IMG/VR virus record: IMGVR_UViG_3300022179_000741
Span: 1-24,678 of that record
Direction: 5' to 3' (one strand)
DNA: 24,678 nucleotides
From: a virus
Lineage: Duplodnaviria > Caudoviricetes
A program made the position numbers and the translations under genes. Shown here piece after piece: positions 1 through 6,996 of this stretch (position 1 is the first letter of the stretch; each line of letters starts with the position of its first letter). The notes beneath the pieces were generated by a model that had not been told where the DNA came from, did no database searches, and saw nothing but the letters and a program-made list of their open reading frames with translations.

Positions 1-182
1 ATCCCAGCTCGGTTGCAGTAGCTGGCAACCAGAAGCAGGGTGCGCATCATGCCTTCGGTCAGGCTTTTGTCCGTAGCCGCTCGGATCGGGATGACGGCGA
101 GCTTCCTCTGATCCGGTGCCGGCTCCTTCTCCTTGATCCGCGGCTTCTTGGGCAGCGTGAACTGCACGATGTTGTCAGGCAT
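1..182 (-). CDS. N-terminus of a putative phage replication initiator (HTH-type), truncated by window edge
   Basis: Manual translation MPDNIVQFTLPKKPRIKEKEPAPDQRKLAVIPIRAATDKSLTEGMMRTLLLVASYCNRAG...; the D-x-x-L-T...L...SY-x-N-x-x-G pattern resembles N-terminal HTH domains of phage replication initiators. Alternative TTG start at 191 overlaps the upstream stop. Confidence 0.6.
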   Translation of the reverse strand, partial: MPDNIVQFTLPKKPRIKEKEPAPDQRKLAVIPIRAATDKSLTEGMMRTLLLVASYCNRAG

Positions 183-187
183 CGCGC

Positions 188-304
188 TCAATTCCAATCT
201 GCCTCATCCTCGCCAGCAATCAGCGCAATCCAGATCCCCATCGCCGCAAGTCCGACCAGGCCGCCGATGGTGATCAGCAGCACACCAAACAGTGCGATCG
301 CCAT
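188..304 (-). CDS. small single-pass membrane protein (38 aa)
   Basis: MAIALFGVLLITIGGLVGLAAMGIWIALIAGEDEADWN*; TGATG overlap with the upstream gene; below the ORF-track length cutoff. Confidence 0.7.
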   Translation of the reverse strand: MAIALFGVLLITIGGLVGLAAMGIWIALIAGEDEADWN

Positions 305-504
305 CACGGCCACCGCAGATGTGAGGTCAGCTTCCTGACGTGCTGGTCAGGCGTCAGACGGCCCGAATGATTCCTGTACGGACTCTCAGAGCGCTTCTCA
401 ACGCAAGGCTTACAGATCCACCTGGCAGTGCTCTTGCCGCGCTTGTAGACGCCGCCATCGAGCTCTCGGGTGCATTGGCAGCTGGTGCAGAACTTGGTCG
501 TCAT
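304..504 (-). CDS. small zinc-ribbon protein
   Basis: CTSC...CKPC cysteine pairs; start and stop overlap both neighbours. Confidence 0.75.
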   Translation of the reverse strand: MTTKFCTSCQCTRELDGGVYKRGKSTARWICKPCVEKRSESPYRNHSGRLTPDQHVRKLTSHLRWP

Positions 505-698
505 AGCAGCCCCTTGATGCGCTTGATCTCCCAGCCTGTCGCGTCATGGATCTGCAGAATGCGCTCGGCAGACACCGGCATACCCGAGCGCATCTTCGAC
601 AGCGAGCTCGGCGGCACGCCCAGGTACCGCGCCAGGGCCACGTCGTTCTTGAGATTGAACTTGCGCTTCAATGTGTCCAACAGCTTGTGTGTTTTCAT
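501..698 (-). CDS. Cro/XRE-like helix-turn-helix protein (65 aa)
   Basis: MKTHKLLDTLK...NDVALARYLGVPPSSLSKMRSG is a typical HTH; ATG at 698 overlaps the upstream stop (ATGA). Confidence 0.8.
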   Translation of the reverse strand: MKTHKLLDTLKRKFNLKNDVALARYLGVPPSSLSKMRSGMPVSAERILQIHDATGWEIKRIKGLL

Positions 699-943
699 TT
701 TTTGTATCTCCTGACCATCTCGTTTCGCAGCTTTGTTCTTGCCTCGGTGCCGCGCTGCTGTTCGACACCGTTTAGGTAATCCAGCTTGGTGATCCTGGGC
801 TTCCTCGCCTTGTCCGGCAGCTTCAAAGCCCAGCGCACCTCGCACTCAAAACGCCAGGCCTCGCTGTAGGTGCAGAGCTCCACGCCGTCGACCATCACAG
901 TCTTTGCCGGCGGGTGAGGGCGCTCGCAATGCGGACACGTCAC
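695..943 (-). CDS. hypothetical phage protein
   Basis: 82 aa ORF (GTG start) in a chain of overlapping genes; N-terminal CxxC. Confidence 0.7.
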   Translation of the reverse strand: MTCPHCERPHPPAKTVMVDGVELCTYSEAWRFECEVRWALKLPDKARKPRITKLDYLNGVEQQRGTEARTKLRNEMVRRYKK

Positions 944-1143
944 TTGATCCTGCGAACCTTGGCCGCAGCTGCAGCCTTCTGCTCGCGCAGCATTCGACGA
1001 AACTTCTTAGCTAGATTGGTCTTCTCTGCAGACGTGTACTTCCACTCTGGATTCCAGACCGAGGGCGTGTCGTCAGTGACGACCTTCTTTGCCTTGCGCT
1101 TCTTCTCAGGCATCACCGGCATCAGCAATCTGTTTTGGTTCAT
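940..1143 (-). CDS. small basic hypothetical protein
   Basis: AAGGA RBS upstream; stop overlaps the next start; Lys/Arg-rich. Confidence 0.7.
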   Translation of the reverse strand: MNQNRLLMPVMPEKKRKAKKVVTDDTPSVWNPEWKYTSAEKTNLAKKFRRMLREQKAAAAAKVRRIK

Positions 1144-1155
1144 TGACTTTTCCTT

Positions 1156-1488
1156 TCAAACTTTCCAAAGACTCATACCCTTCCCGAAGTTGTCAGGCCG
1201 CGGCACGTTGCGCATCTGCACCTGACCCTTCGCCATCATCTTTCGCAGGACGCTGTAGAGCCCTTCCTTGTTGATCTCGATGTCGGCCTCGCAGACATGC
1301 TCAAAGAGCTCCTGGGTCGACAGCTCGCCCACATCGCTCAAGGTTTCGATCACCAGCTTGCGCAGGTCAGTGCGCACCGGCTTTGCAGCCTTGCCGTTCA
1401 GACCCATGTTGATGACCAGCCTGCCGCCGGTCTTCTTGAGCACCGTGCGCTCACCCTGCAGCTGCTTGACCACCCAGTGCCAGCTCAT
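1156..1488 (-). CDS. putative winged-helix DNA-binding protein
   Basis: Start MSWHW at 1488 (ATGA overlap); LSTQELFEHV...INKEGLYSVLRKMMAKGQV fits a wHTH pattern. Confidence 0.65.
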   Translation of the reverse strand: MSWHWVVKQLQGERTVLKKTGGRLVINMGLNGKAAKPVRTDLRKLVIETLSDVGELSTQELFEHVCEADIEINKEGLYSVLRKMMAKGQVQMRNVPRPDNFGKGMSLWKV

Positions 1489-1805
1489 TTCAGCTGGTCG
1501 CGCATCATCGGAATAAAGTCCTTCAACTGCAGGCACACCCGCCACGGCTGCCCATTGCGCCTGTACGCCAGCACCGGGATCTCCCCAGCCTCGGCGCAGG
1601 CCTCCACTTGTTCGCTCCATTTGTCCACCTGTAATCGTTCTTGTCGTTTCACTTCGATGCGGAACTGCTGCACGGTCAGGTCGTCAGCACCGTCGCGGGC
1701 CTGGCCCAGGTTGCGCTTGACCACAAACCCGAGCTCGTCAGAGAGCAGGGCAGCGAGCTCTCGCTCACCAGCTGCGCCCTTGTTGCGCTTGCCCCTGCCG
1801 TTCAT
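1485..1805 (-). CDS. Holliday junction resolvase-like PD-(D/E)xK nuclease (Hjc-like)
   Basis: RNKGAAGERELA...GADDL...IEVKR...PVLAYRRN motifs. Confidence 0.85.
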   Translation of the reverse strand: MNGRGKRNKGAAGERELAALLSDELGFVVKRNLGQARDGADDLTVQQFRIEVKRQERLQVDKWSEQVEACAEAGEIPVLAYRRNGQPWRVCLQLKDFIPMMRDQLK

Positions 1806-1993
1806 GCACTGCCCAGCAACCGCTTCAGCCGGTTCTCAGCGGTCTCGTAGCGCTTGCCGTAGGCCTCGACGATCAGCTCCTCGAGGATCGACGTGCGGCT
1901 GCGGCGCTGCTCGTCTGCAGCCAGGTCAAGCAGCTGCCTGACCTCTGGCCGCATACGCATCAGAAACATCCGGTAATGCTGGGTTGAACTCAT
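1802..1993 (-). CDS. ribbon-helix-helix (Arc/CopG-like) regulator
   Basis: FLMRMRPEVRQLLDLAADEQRRSRTSILEELI; GGAG RBS before the ATG at 1993; first gene of the leftward operon. Confidence 0.8.
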   Translation of the reverse strand: MSSTQHYRMFLMRMRPEVRQLLDLAADEQRRSRTSILEELIVEAYGKRYETAENRLKRLLGSA

Positions 1994-2024
1994 CTGTAAA
2001 GTCTCCAAACGGTACGATTGCGCG

Positions 2025-2053
2025 AAGATATATCGATTCTGACGACTTCGCAA
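2025..2053 (-). promoter_or_regulatory. putative leftward sigma70 promoter
   Basis: Minus strand TTGCGA-17 bp-TATCTT upstream of the RHH gene. Confidence 0.5.
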
Positions 2054-2098
2054 CGCTTGTCAGAATGGATACACAACGAAAAAGATACGTTTGGGTAC

Positions 2099-2127
2099 TT
2101 GACAGGTATTTCTTGGCGATATATTTT
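2099..2127 (+). promoter_or_regulatory. putative rightward sigma70 promoter
   Basis: TTGACA-17 bp-TATTTT, followed by an AGGAGG RBS before the recombinase. Confidence 0.7.
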
Positions 2128-2175
2128 TCGCCTTACTGCATCGCGCAGCACCCTACCGCTTAACAGGAGGATCAA

Positions 2176-2856
2176 ATGGCACCGCATCAAGGCAAGTTCG
2201 TTGCGTACTACCGCGTATCGACCGACCGTCAAGGTCAGTCAGGCCTTGGCATCGAAGCACAGCAGGAAGCAGTGCGTACATTTCTCAATGGTGGCCGCTG
2301 GTCAGTGATCGGCGAGTTCACCGAGATCGAATCCGGTACCCGTAAGCGCTTAAAAGACCGCCCCATGCTGAAGGCAGCGCTCGAGCTCGCCCGCAAGCAG
2401 AAGGCCACGCTAGTGGTCGCCAAGCTCGACCGCCTGGCACGCGACGTTCAGTTCATCTCAACGCTGTTGAACGGCAAGGTTCAGTTTGTCTGCGCCGACA
2501 TGCCGCAGGCCGACCGCACGTTTCTGCAGATGGTCAGCGTGTTTTCTGAGTACGAAGCAAAGCGGATTTCTGAGCGCACCAAGGACGCGCTGGGCGCATT
2601 GAAGCGCCAGGGCAAGAAGCTCGGCAGCCCGACGCCTGAGATCGGCAGCGCCGAGGGCGTCAAGGTCATCCAGGCCAAGGCCGACGCCTACGCAGACAAG
2701 GTCGGCCCGATCGTGCGCGACATCATCCGCAAGTCCGGCGCTGACACCCTGCGCGACATCGCCGCAGCGCTGACAGCTCGCGGCATCGAGACCCCCCGCG
2801 GCAACAATGACTGGCACCCCAGCCAGGTATCGAACTTGCTCAAAAGGATCAAGTGA
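2176..2856 (+). CDS. serine recombinase (resolvase/invertase catalytic domain plus short C-terminal DNA-binding domain)
   Basis: YYRVSTDRQ (catalytic Ser), LVVAKLDRLARD, EYEAKRISERTK, C-terminal TLRDIAAALTARGIETPRG...WHPSQV. Confidence 0.93.
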   Translation: MAPHQGKFVAYYRVSTDRQGQSGLGIEAQQEAVRTFLNGGRWSVIGEFTEIESGTRKRLKDRPMLKAALELARKQKATLVVAKLDRLARDVQFISTLLNGKVQFVCADMPQADRTFLQMVSVFSEYEAKRISERTKDALGALKRQGKKLGSPTPEIGSAEGVKVIQAKADAYADKVGPIVRDIIRKSGADTLRDIAAALTARGIETPRGNNDWHPSQVSNLLKRIK

Positions 2857-3071
2857 TGGGCGAGCTCAAACCTTTCCTAGTGATCGGCGGGTTGCTCGCC
2901 ACAACCCTGCTGATCGGCTACCTGGTTCGCCGGTACGAGAAGAACAATCAGCAACCGCTTGATGAGACACAGGTAAAAAATCTGCAGCTGATGGCTCAAG
3001 ACATGCGCAACACTAGGGCGCAAAAAAATAAGCTGATTGAACAGCACTTTGATGACGATATTTCTCGGTGA
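2856..3071 (+). CDS. small membrane-anchored protein
   Basis: N-terminal TM segment FLVIGGLLATTLLIGYLV followed by RR; TGATG overlap with the recombinase stop. Confidence 0.7.
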   Translation: MGELKPFLVIGGLLATTLLIGYLVRRYEKNNQQPLDETQVKNLQLMAQDMRNTRAQKNKLIEQHFDDDISR

Positions 3072-3077
3072 TATAGT
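3049..3077 (+). promoter_or_regulatory. putative internal sigma70 promoter
   Basis: TTGATG-17 bp-TATAGT; shares TATTTCTYGGYGATATA with the promoter at 2099. Confidence 0.55.
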
Positions 3078-3117
3078 GATAAAAAATACAGTACGAATAC
3101 TATAAGGATATTAATCA

Positions 3118-3450
3118 ATGACTTACCAGCCTGTTAAGCCGCTAGACGGCATGAAAGACCTAGATCGCAAGACCGTGGCTAAGTATTTCAACCGGGTTGG
3201 CCGCGGGCTCAACTGTCGGCTTGATGTGCCAATTTTGGTCATTGATGACGTGAAATGGGCAGCCAAGATCTTCAATGAGCTCTCCAAAGAGCTGACCAAG
3301 ATCGCCTGGGAAGATGAGCGAACCGACATCTGGCGCATCCTTGAGGCCAGGTACTCAATGGAGGCCGCCAAGCGCGAACTTCATCATCGCAACGAGAAAA
3401 AAGTAGGTAAGGCCGAGTTTAAGAAACTCACCGACAACCCCTACAGGTAG
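3118..3450 (+). CDS. hypothetical protein (110 aa), moron-like
   Basis: TAAGGA RBS, AT-rich leader, own promoter upstream and hairpin downstream. Confidence 0.8.
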   Translation: MTYQPVKPLDGMKDLDRKTVAKYFNRVGRGLNCRLDVPILVIDDVKWAAKIFNELSKELTKIAWEDERTDIWRILEARYSMEAAKRELHHRNEKKVGKAEFKKLTDNPYR

Positions 3451-3454
3451 TAGG

Positions 3455-3482
3455 TCAAACGGAAATCACCGTTTGAATTTTT
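3455..3482 (+). terminator. putative intrinsic terminator (or operator palindrome)
   Basis: TCAAACGG-aaatca-CCGTTTGA followed by ATTTTT. Confidence 0.55.
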
Positions 3483-3516
3483 ATAATTGCTTTAATGACA
3501 ACGGAAGGGGTAAAAA

Positions 3517-3807
3517 ATGGTGCCAAAACATGACACTACACGGGCAGAATCCCGCGCATATGTGTATTCCGACTTTCCAAGCCGGAACAACTACATATGG
3601 GGTTTGTCGCATAATTTGTATTCCGAAAATTGCGGCGACAAACACAAGACTCTTGCAGCGCAACACGACTCTCTGACCCCCTGGTCAGACCACCGCATCC
3701 AAGCAATTCTCAGACCTGAACGCCGGCAGGCGATCGCCGAAGCGCTGTTCGAGGTGATCCTTTTCGCCCTGTTCGGGGCGATGCTGGTATTCGCTTATTT
3801 CAGCTAG
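3517..3807 (+). CDS. hypothetical protein with C-terminal transmembrane helix
   Basis: GGAAGGGG RBS-like sequence; C-terminal LFEVILFALFGAMLVFAYFS. The start is uncertain because the 5' half overlaps structured repeats. Confidence 0.5.
   Translation: MVPKHDTTRAESRAYVYSDFPSRNNYIWGLSHNLYSENCGDKHKTLAAQHDSLTPWSDHRIQAILRPERRQAIAEALFEVILFALFGAMLVFAYFS
3604..3631 (+). other. degenerate dif-like (XerC/D) site
   Basis: TTGTCGCATAA-TTTGTA-TTCCGAAAATT versus E. coli dif GGTGCGCATAA-TGTATA-TTATGTTAAAT; good XerC arm, poor XerD arm (6/11). Confidence 0.35.
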
Positions 3808-3816
3808 GAGGCGGCC

Positions 3817-4128
3817 ATGCAGACCGCCACCTTGGGTCGCGCCCTGCGCGACGCCCAGCTGACTCTTTTTGAGCACAGAGACACAGAGTTCCTAGAACGC
3901 TGTCGAGCACTAGCCGTTGAGATCGCCCGCCAACAAGGCACGGTGTGCATCAACGACATAAGAGCACAGCTGCGCTTGCCCGCTGAGACACACCCGTCCG
4001 TCCTGGGCGCGGTTTTCAGGTCAAAAAAATTCACGGCTGTCGGCTTCACCGAGGCCACCCACAAGGCCGCTCACGCCCGCGTCGTGCGCGTCTATCAACT
4101 CGCCGAGGAGGAGAACAATGGCAGGTAA
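3817..4128 (+). CDS. conserved-looking phage protein, probable winged helix
   Basis: AGGAGG RBS; GTVCINDIR...HPSVLGAVFR...HARVVRVY. Confidence 0.8.
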   Translation: MQTATLGRALRDAQLTLFEHRDTEFLERCRALAVEIARQQGTVCINDIRAQLRLPAETHPSVLGAVFRSKKFTAVGFTEATHKAAHARVVRVYQLAEEENNGR

Positions 4129-5074
4129 AAAAACCCCGGACACCATGCTGTCCTGCAGCCGGCTGCCGGCAGTCATGGGGCTGTCTAAGTACAGCACACC
4201 GAACGACGAACTCGAGGTCAGCATCAACGCCATCAAAGGCCAAGACCGCGACAATAAGCAGAATGAATCGATGGCCTGGGGCGACCGGCTTGAAGCCGTC
4301 ATCCTGCGCGAGGCAGCCGAGCGCCTGCAGCTGGCTGACCTGGTCACAGAGCACGACCAAGCCCGCTTCCACGAAAGCCTGCCGCTGTGCTGCAGCCTGG
4401 ACGGCACCGGCGACGGCCACGGCCAGATCCTTACCACCGACCCTGACCGCGGGATCTACGTCATCGGGCAGGACAGCATCCGGCTGGACGGCGTCGGAAT
4501 TCTTGAGGCCAAGCTGACCGCAGTGCAACCCGAGGATGCGCCTGCCCTGTACCGTGGCCCGATACAGCTGCAAGGTCAGATGGATATTTGTTCGTCTAAA
4601 TGGGGCGCACTTTGCGTCTTGTACCAAGGTACAGCACTGCGTGTCTTCCTCTTTGCGCCGCATCAACAAACGGTGCAAACGATCGCCCAAATAGCGACAG
4701 CCTTCCAGGCAAAGCTCGACACCTTTAAGGCGACTGGCGAGATCGATTACTACCCACCATTAAACAGCGACGATGCCGACCGGATGTACCCGGTCGCGAC
4801 TGACACCGTCGTGCAGCTGGACATCGAGGCCGAGCTGTTGGCAGCAAAAATTGTCGACGCCAAGAACCGGGCAATCACCGCCGAGAAAGATCGTGCCGAA
4901 GCAGAGACCGAGCTCAAGACGATGCTTGGCAATGCAGGCAAAGCGATCGCCGGCAAGTACGAAATCAAATGGCCGATGCGCAGCTTCAAAGCACAGCCAC
5001 AAAAAATTGTGCCGGCAAAGGAGGCGTACTCAATCCGGCAGTCAACCCTATCAGTTAAGGAGGCAACAGCATGA
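4118..5074 (+). CDS. YqaJ/lambda-exonuclease family recombination nuclease
   Basis: SCSRLPAVMGLSKYSTP, WGDRLE, SLDG, LEAK and QLQGQM motifs; lies upstream of RecT. Confidence 0.9.
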   Translation: MAGKKTPDTMLSCSRLPAVMGLSKYSTPNDELEVSINAIKGQDRDNKQNESMAWGDRLEAVILREAAERLQLADLVTEHDQARFHESLPLCCSLDGTGDGHGQILTTDPDRGIYVIGQDSIRLDGVGILEAKLTAVQPEDAPALYRGPIQLQGQMDICSSKWGALCVLYQGTALRVFLFAPHQQTVQTIAQIATAFQAKLDTFKATGEIDYYPPLNSDDADRMYPVATDTVVQLDIEAELLAAKIVDAKNRAITAEKDRAEAETELKTMLGNAGKAIAGKYEIKWPMRSFKAQPQKIVPAKEAYSIRQSTLSVKEATA

Positions 5075-5259
5075 CACGCGAACTAACCAATCTCGAGAAG
5101 GCACACGACCGCGCTGTTGTTGCTCTGCTCAACACCATCCCAAAATGCAGCGAAGAAGAAGCGCTCGAGATCGTCGAGTCGTTTACCGCGCTGGTTCTGT
5201 ACACCATCGAAGCATTCCTACCGGAGGGCGAGAAGCATGACGCAACTGACTACAACTAA
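5071..5259 (+). CDS. small acidic hypothetical protein
   Basis: TAAGGAGG RBS; ATGA overlap. Confidence 0.75.
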   Translation: MTRELTNLEKAHDRAVVALLNTIPKCSEEEALEIVESFTALVLYTIEAFLPEGEKHDATDYN

Positions 5260-6247
5260 TCGCCAAGGCTTTGCGCCCGCCACGATGGGCGAGGCGATGG
5301 AGTTTTCAAAAATGCTGGCCGAGTCCAGCATGGTGCCGCGTGCCTACCAGGGCAAGCCGCAGGACATCATGGTCTGCGTGCAATGGGGCTATGAGCTGGG
5401 TCTCGCACCCATGCAGGCGCTGCAGAACATTGCCGTCATCAACGGCAAGCCGAGCGTCTACGGTGACGCCATGATGGCCCTGGTGCAGGCCTCTCCGGTC
5501 TGCGAGGGCATCGATGAGCACATCGAAAACGAAGGCACGCCGAACCCGGTGGCAGTCTGTATCGCCAAGCGCAAAGGTCGCAACCCGGTGATCGCCAGGT
5601 TCTCGGTCGAGGATGCCAAGCGGGCAGGGCTGTGGGGCAAGCAGGGGCCGTGGCAGGCGTACCCAAAGCGGATGCTTCAGATGAGAGCTCGAGGCTTTGC
5701 CCTGCGCGACGCCTTCCCTGACGTGCTCAAGGGTCTGATCACCGCCGAGGAGGCAGCTGACTTCCCGGAGGAGGCCAAGCCGCGGGAGAGGGATGTCACC
5801 CCGGCCAAGCCGGCGAACCCGCTCGATGCAATCGCGCCGCCACCGTCGCTGCCGGAGCCCGAGCTCGAGCCCGAGCCGCTGCCGCAGCCGATCGAGATCG
5901 AGCTCATCCATGTCGATTCGCCGAACGATTCTGCCGAATCTGCAGAACAGGTTGCAGAACTTGTTGTGTTAGGCGACTGGCCGCTGATGGTGCCTGGCAA
6001 GGAGCAGCCGTTCAGCGTCCACGCCAGCCAGCAGGAATGGCAGCAGGCCTATGAAGATCTAGCCGACAAGACCGCCAAGGCCGGCAAGCGACCAGCTCGG
6101 GAGCGAATGACCATCCTGAAGGAGCTGCGCGAGGTTAATGAGCTGCAGCTGAAGCGGATCAACAGCATTGACCGGGTGCGCCACACGCAGTCGTACAGCG
6201 GCAGGATCAACGCGCTGGGTGCCGCAGTACCTGCCGATGAGAAGTAA
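5237..6247 (+). CDS. recT: RecT-family single-strand annealing protein with C-terminal extension
   Basis: GYELGLAPMQALQNIAVINGKPS, AKRAGLW..GPWQAYPKRML..RA..FALRDAFPDVLKG; start MTQLT at 5237. Confidence 0.85.
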   Translation: MTQLTTTNRQGFAPATMGEAMEFSKMLAESSMVPRAYQGKPQDIMVCVQWGYELGLAPMQALQNIAVINGKPSVYGDAMMALVQASPVCEGIDEHIENEGTPNPVAVCIAKRKGRNPVIARFSVEDAKRAGLWGKQGPWQAYPKRMLQMRARGFALRDAFPDVLKGLITAEEAADFPEEAKPRERDVTPAKPANPLDAIAPPPSLPEPELEPEPLPQPIEIELIHVDSPNDSAESAEQVAELVVLGDWPLMVPGKEQPFSVHASQQEWQQAYEDLADKTAKAGKRPARERMTILKELREVNELQLKRINSIDRVRHTQSYSGRINALGAAVPADEK

Positions 6248-6272
6248 AAAAAACCCCGGCACACGCCGGGGG
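6246..6272 (-). terminator. intrinsic terminator of the late (minus-strand) operon
   Basis: Minus strand CCCCGGC-gtgt-GCCGGGG followed by T8, at the point where the two operons converge. Confidence 0.85.
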
Positions 6273-6311
6273 AAGCAACCCACTAGGCCGCGATAGGCAG
6301 GAGTGGCCTTC

Positions 6312-6794
6312 CTAGCGGGTCGCGGGGAGCCTCAAGGCTTGGTATTGCTTGACGCATTGGGCGAGGCTGGCGCGGAGCTCGTCGGCTCGGGCAGCTTCCC
6401 TTGCAAGAAATTCTGCATCCTCTCGAGAAAGCGAGTTTCCAGTGCAGACGCAGGCGGGGCATCCAGCGCTGGCGGTACTGGACACGGCACTTGCCTGGGT
6501 GGTGCGCTCGGGGCGCTTGCGCAGGCTGTCAGCAAGACTGGCAGCGCGAGCACTAATCGATCGAATCTCATCATCCTTCTCCTGTCTCAAATGGTCTGCC
6601 TGGGCCTGCAGCTGCTGCTCCTTCTCACGCGCCGCAGCGACTGCCTTGGCGTGCTCCTCGGCCAGCTTCGCCTTCTCCCGATCCCAGGCCTGCTGGATCT
6701 CAGCGCGACCCGCTGACGCACCCTTGAAGTACCCGGCACCGCCAGCAAAGGCGGCGACCAGGACGACCGCGGCACCGGTATAGAGAAGATTCAT
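6312..6794 (-). CDS. Rz: i-spanin (Rz-like)
   Basis: N-terminal TM, long coiled coil, C-terminal Cys residues; last gene of the lysis cassette. Confidence 0.85.
   Translation of the reverse strand: MNLLYTGAAVVLVAAFAGGAGYFKGASAGRAEIQQAWDREKAKLAEEHAKAVAAAREKEQQLQAQADHLRQEKDDEIRSISARAASLADSLRKRPERTTQASAVSSTASAGCPACVCTGNSLSREDAEFLAREAARADELRASLAQCVKQYQALRLPATR
6332..6574 (-). CDS. Rz1: o-spanin lipoprotein (Rz1-like) embedded in Rz
   Basis: Lipobox LTAC, Pro-rich mature part, nested in another frame of Rz, AGGAG/AAGG RBS. Confidence 0.85.
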   Translation of the reverse strand: MMRFDRLVLALPVLLTACASAPSAPPRQVPCPVPPALDAPPASALETRFLERMQNFLQGKLPEPTSSAPASPNASSNTKP

Positions 6795-6985
6795 TTGGCT
6801 GGTACTGCCTTACCTTCGAGCTTCTTGTGTACCTTCACCTCGCGGCAGACCTCTTTCTCTTTGCCGGCCTTGTCCTTCTCCATCCGGCAAACCTTCTTCA
6901 TCTCACCGCCAGCATGGACGTTGAAGGCCAGCATCAGGCTGGCGACTGCGGTGACTACCATGCGAATCAAAATCAAAGTGTTCAT
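6791..6985 (-). CDS. small secreted/periplasmic basic protein
   Basis: Signal peptide ending VHA|G; Lys/Glu-rich mature part with 2 Cys; GAGGAGG RBS. Confidence 0.75.
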   Translation of the reverse strand: MNTLILIRMVVTAVASLMLAFNVHAGGEMKKVCRMEKDKAGKEKEVCREVKVHKKLEGKAVPAK

Positions 6986-6996
6986 CTCACACCTCC

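Noticed and set aside
1297-1941. 214-aa plus-strand ORF and other long antisense ORFs (e.g. 4046-4690, 5306-5911, 23333-23968)
   Set aside because: They lie opposite well-supported genes, as expected in high-GC coding DNA, and show no recognisable motifs.
3059-3075. Match to the lambda operator half-site TATCACCG on the minus strand
   Set aside because: Only one half-site, no lambda-type symmetric 17-mer and no CI homologue; treated as part of the phage's own motif.
3548-3643. Mini-CRISPR array or tRNA
   Set aside because: Only two short imperfect repeat copies and no cloverleaf or T-loop consensus.
5117-5236. Longer start for RecT (similarly for ORFs 501-845, 1156-1620, 1802-2053, 7422-7760)
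   Set aside because: Downstream ATGs with RBS or stop-start overlaps fit better; the extensions overlap other genes or the promoter region.
6303-6716. Plus-strand 137-aa ORF with nearby AGGAG
   Set aside because: The SD overlaps the GTG, and the ORF is antisense to the doubly coding Rz/Rz1 region.
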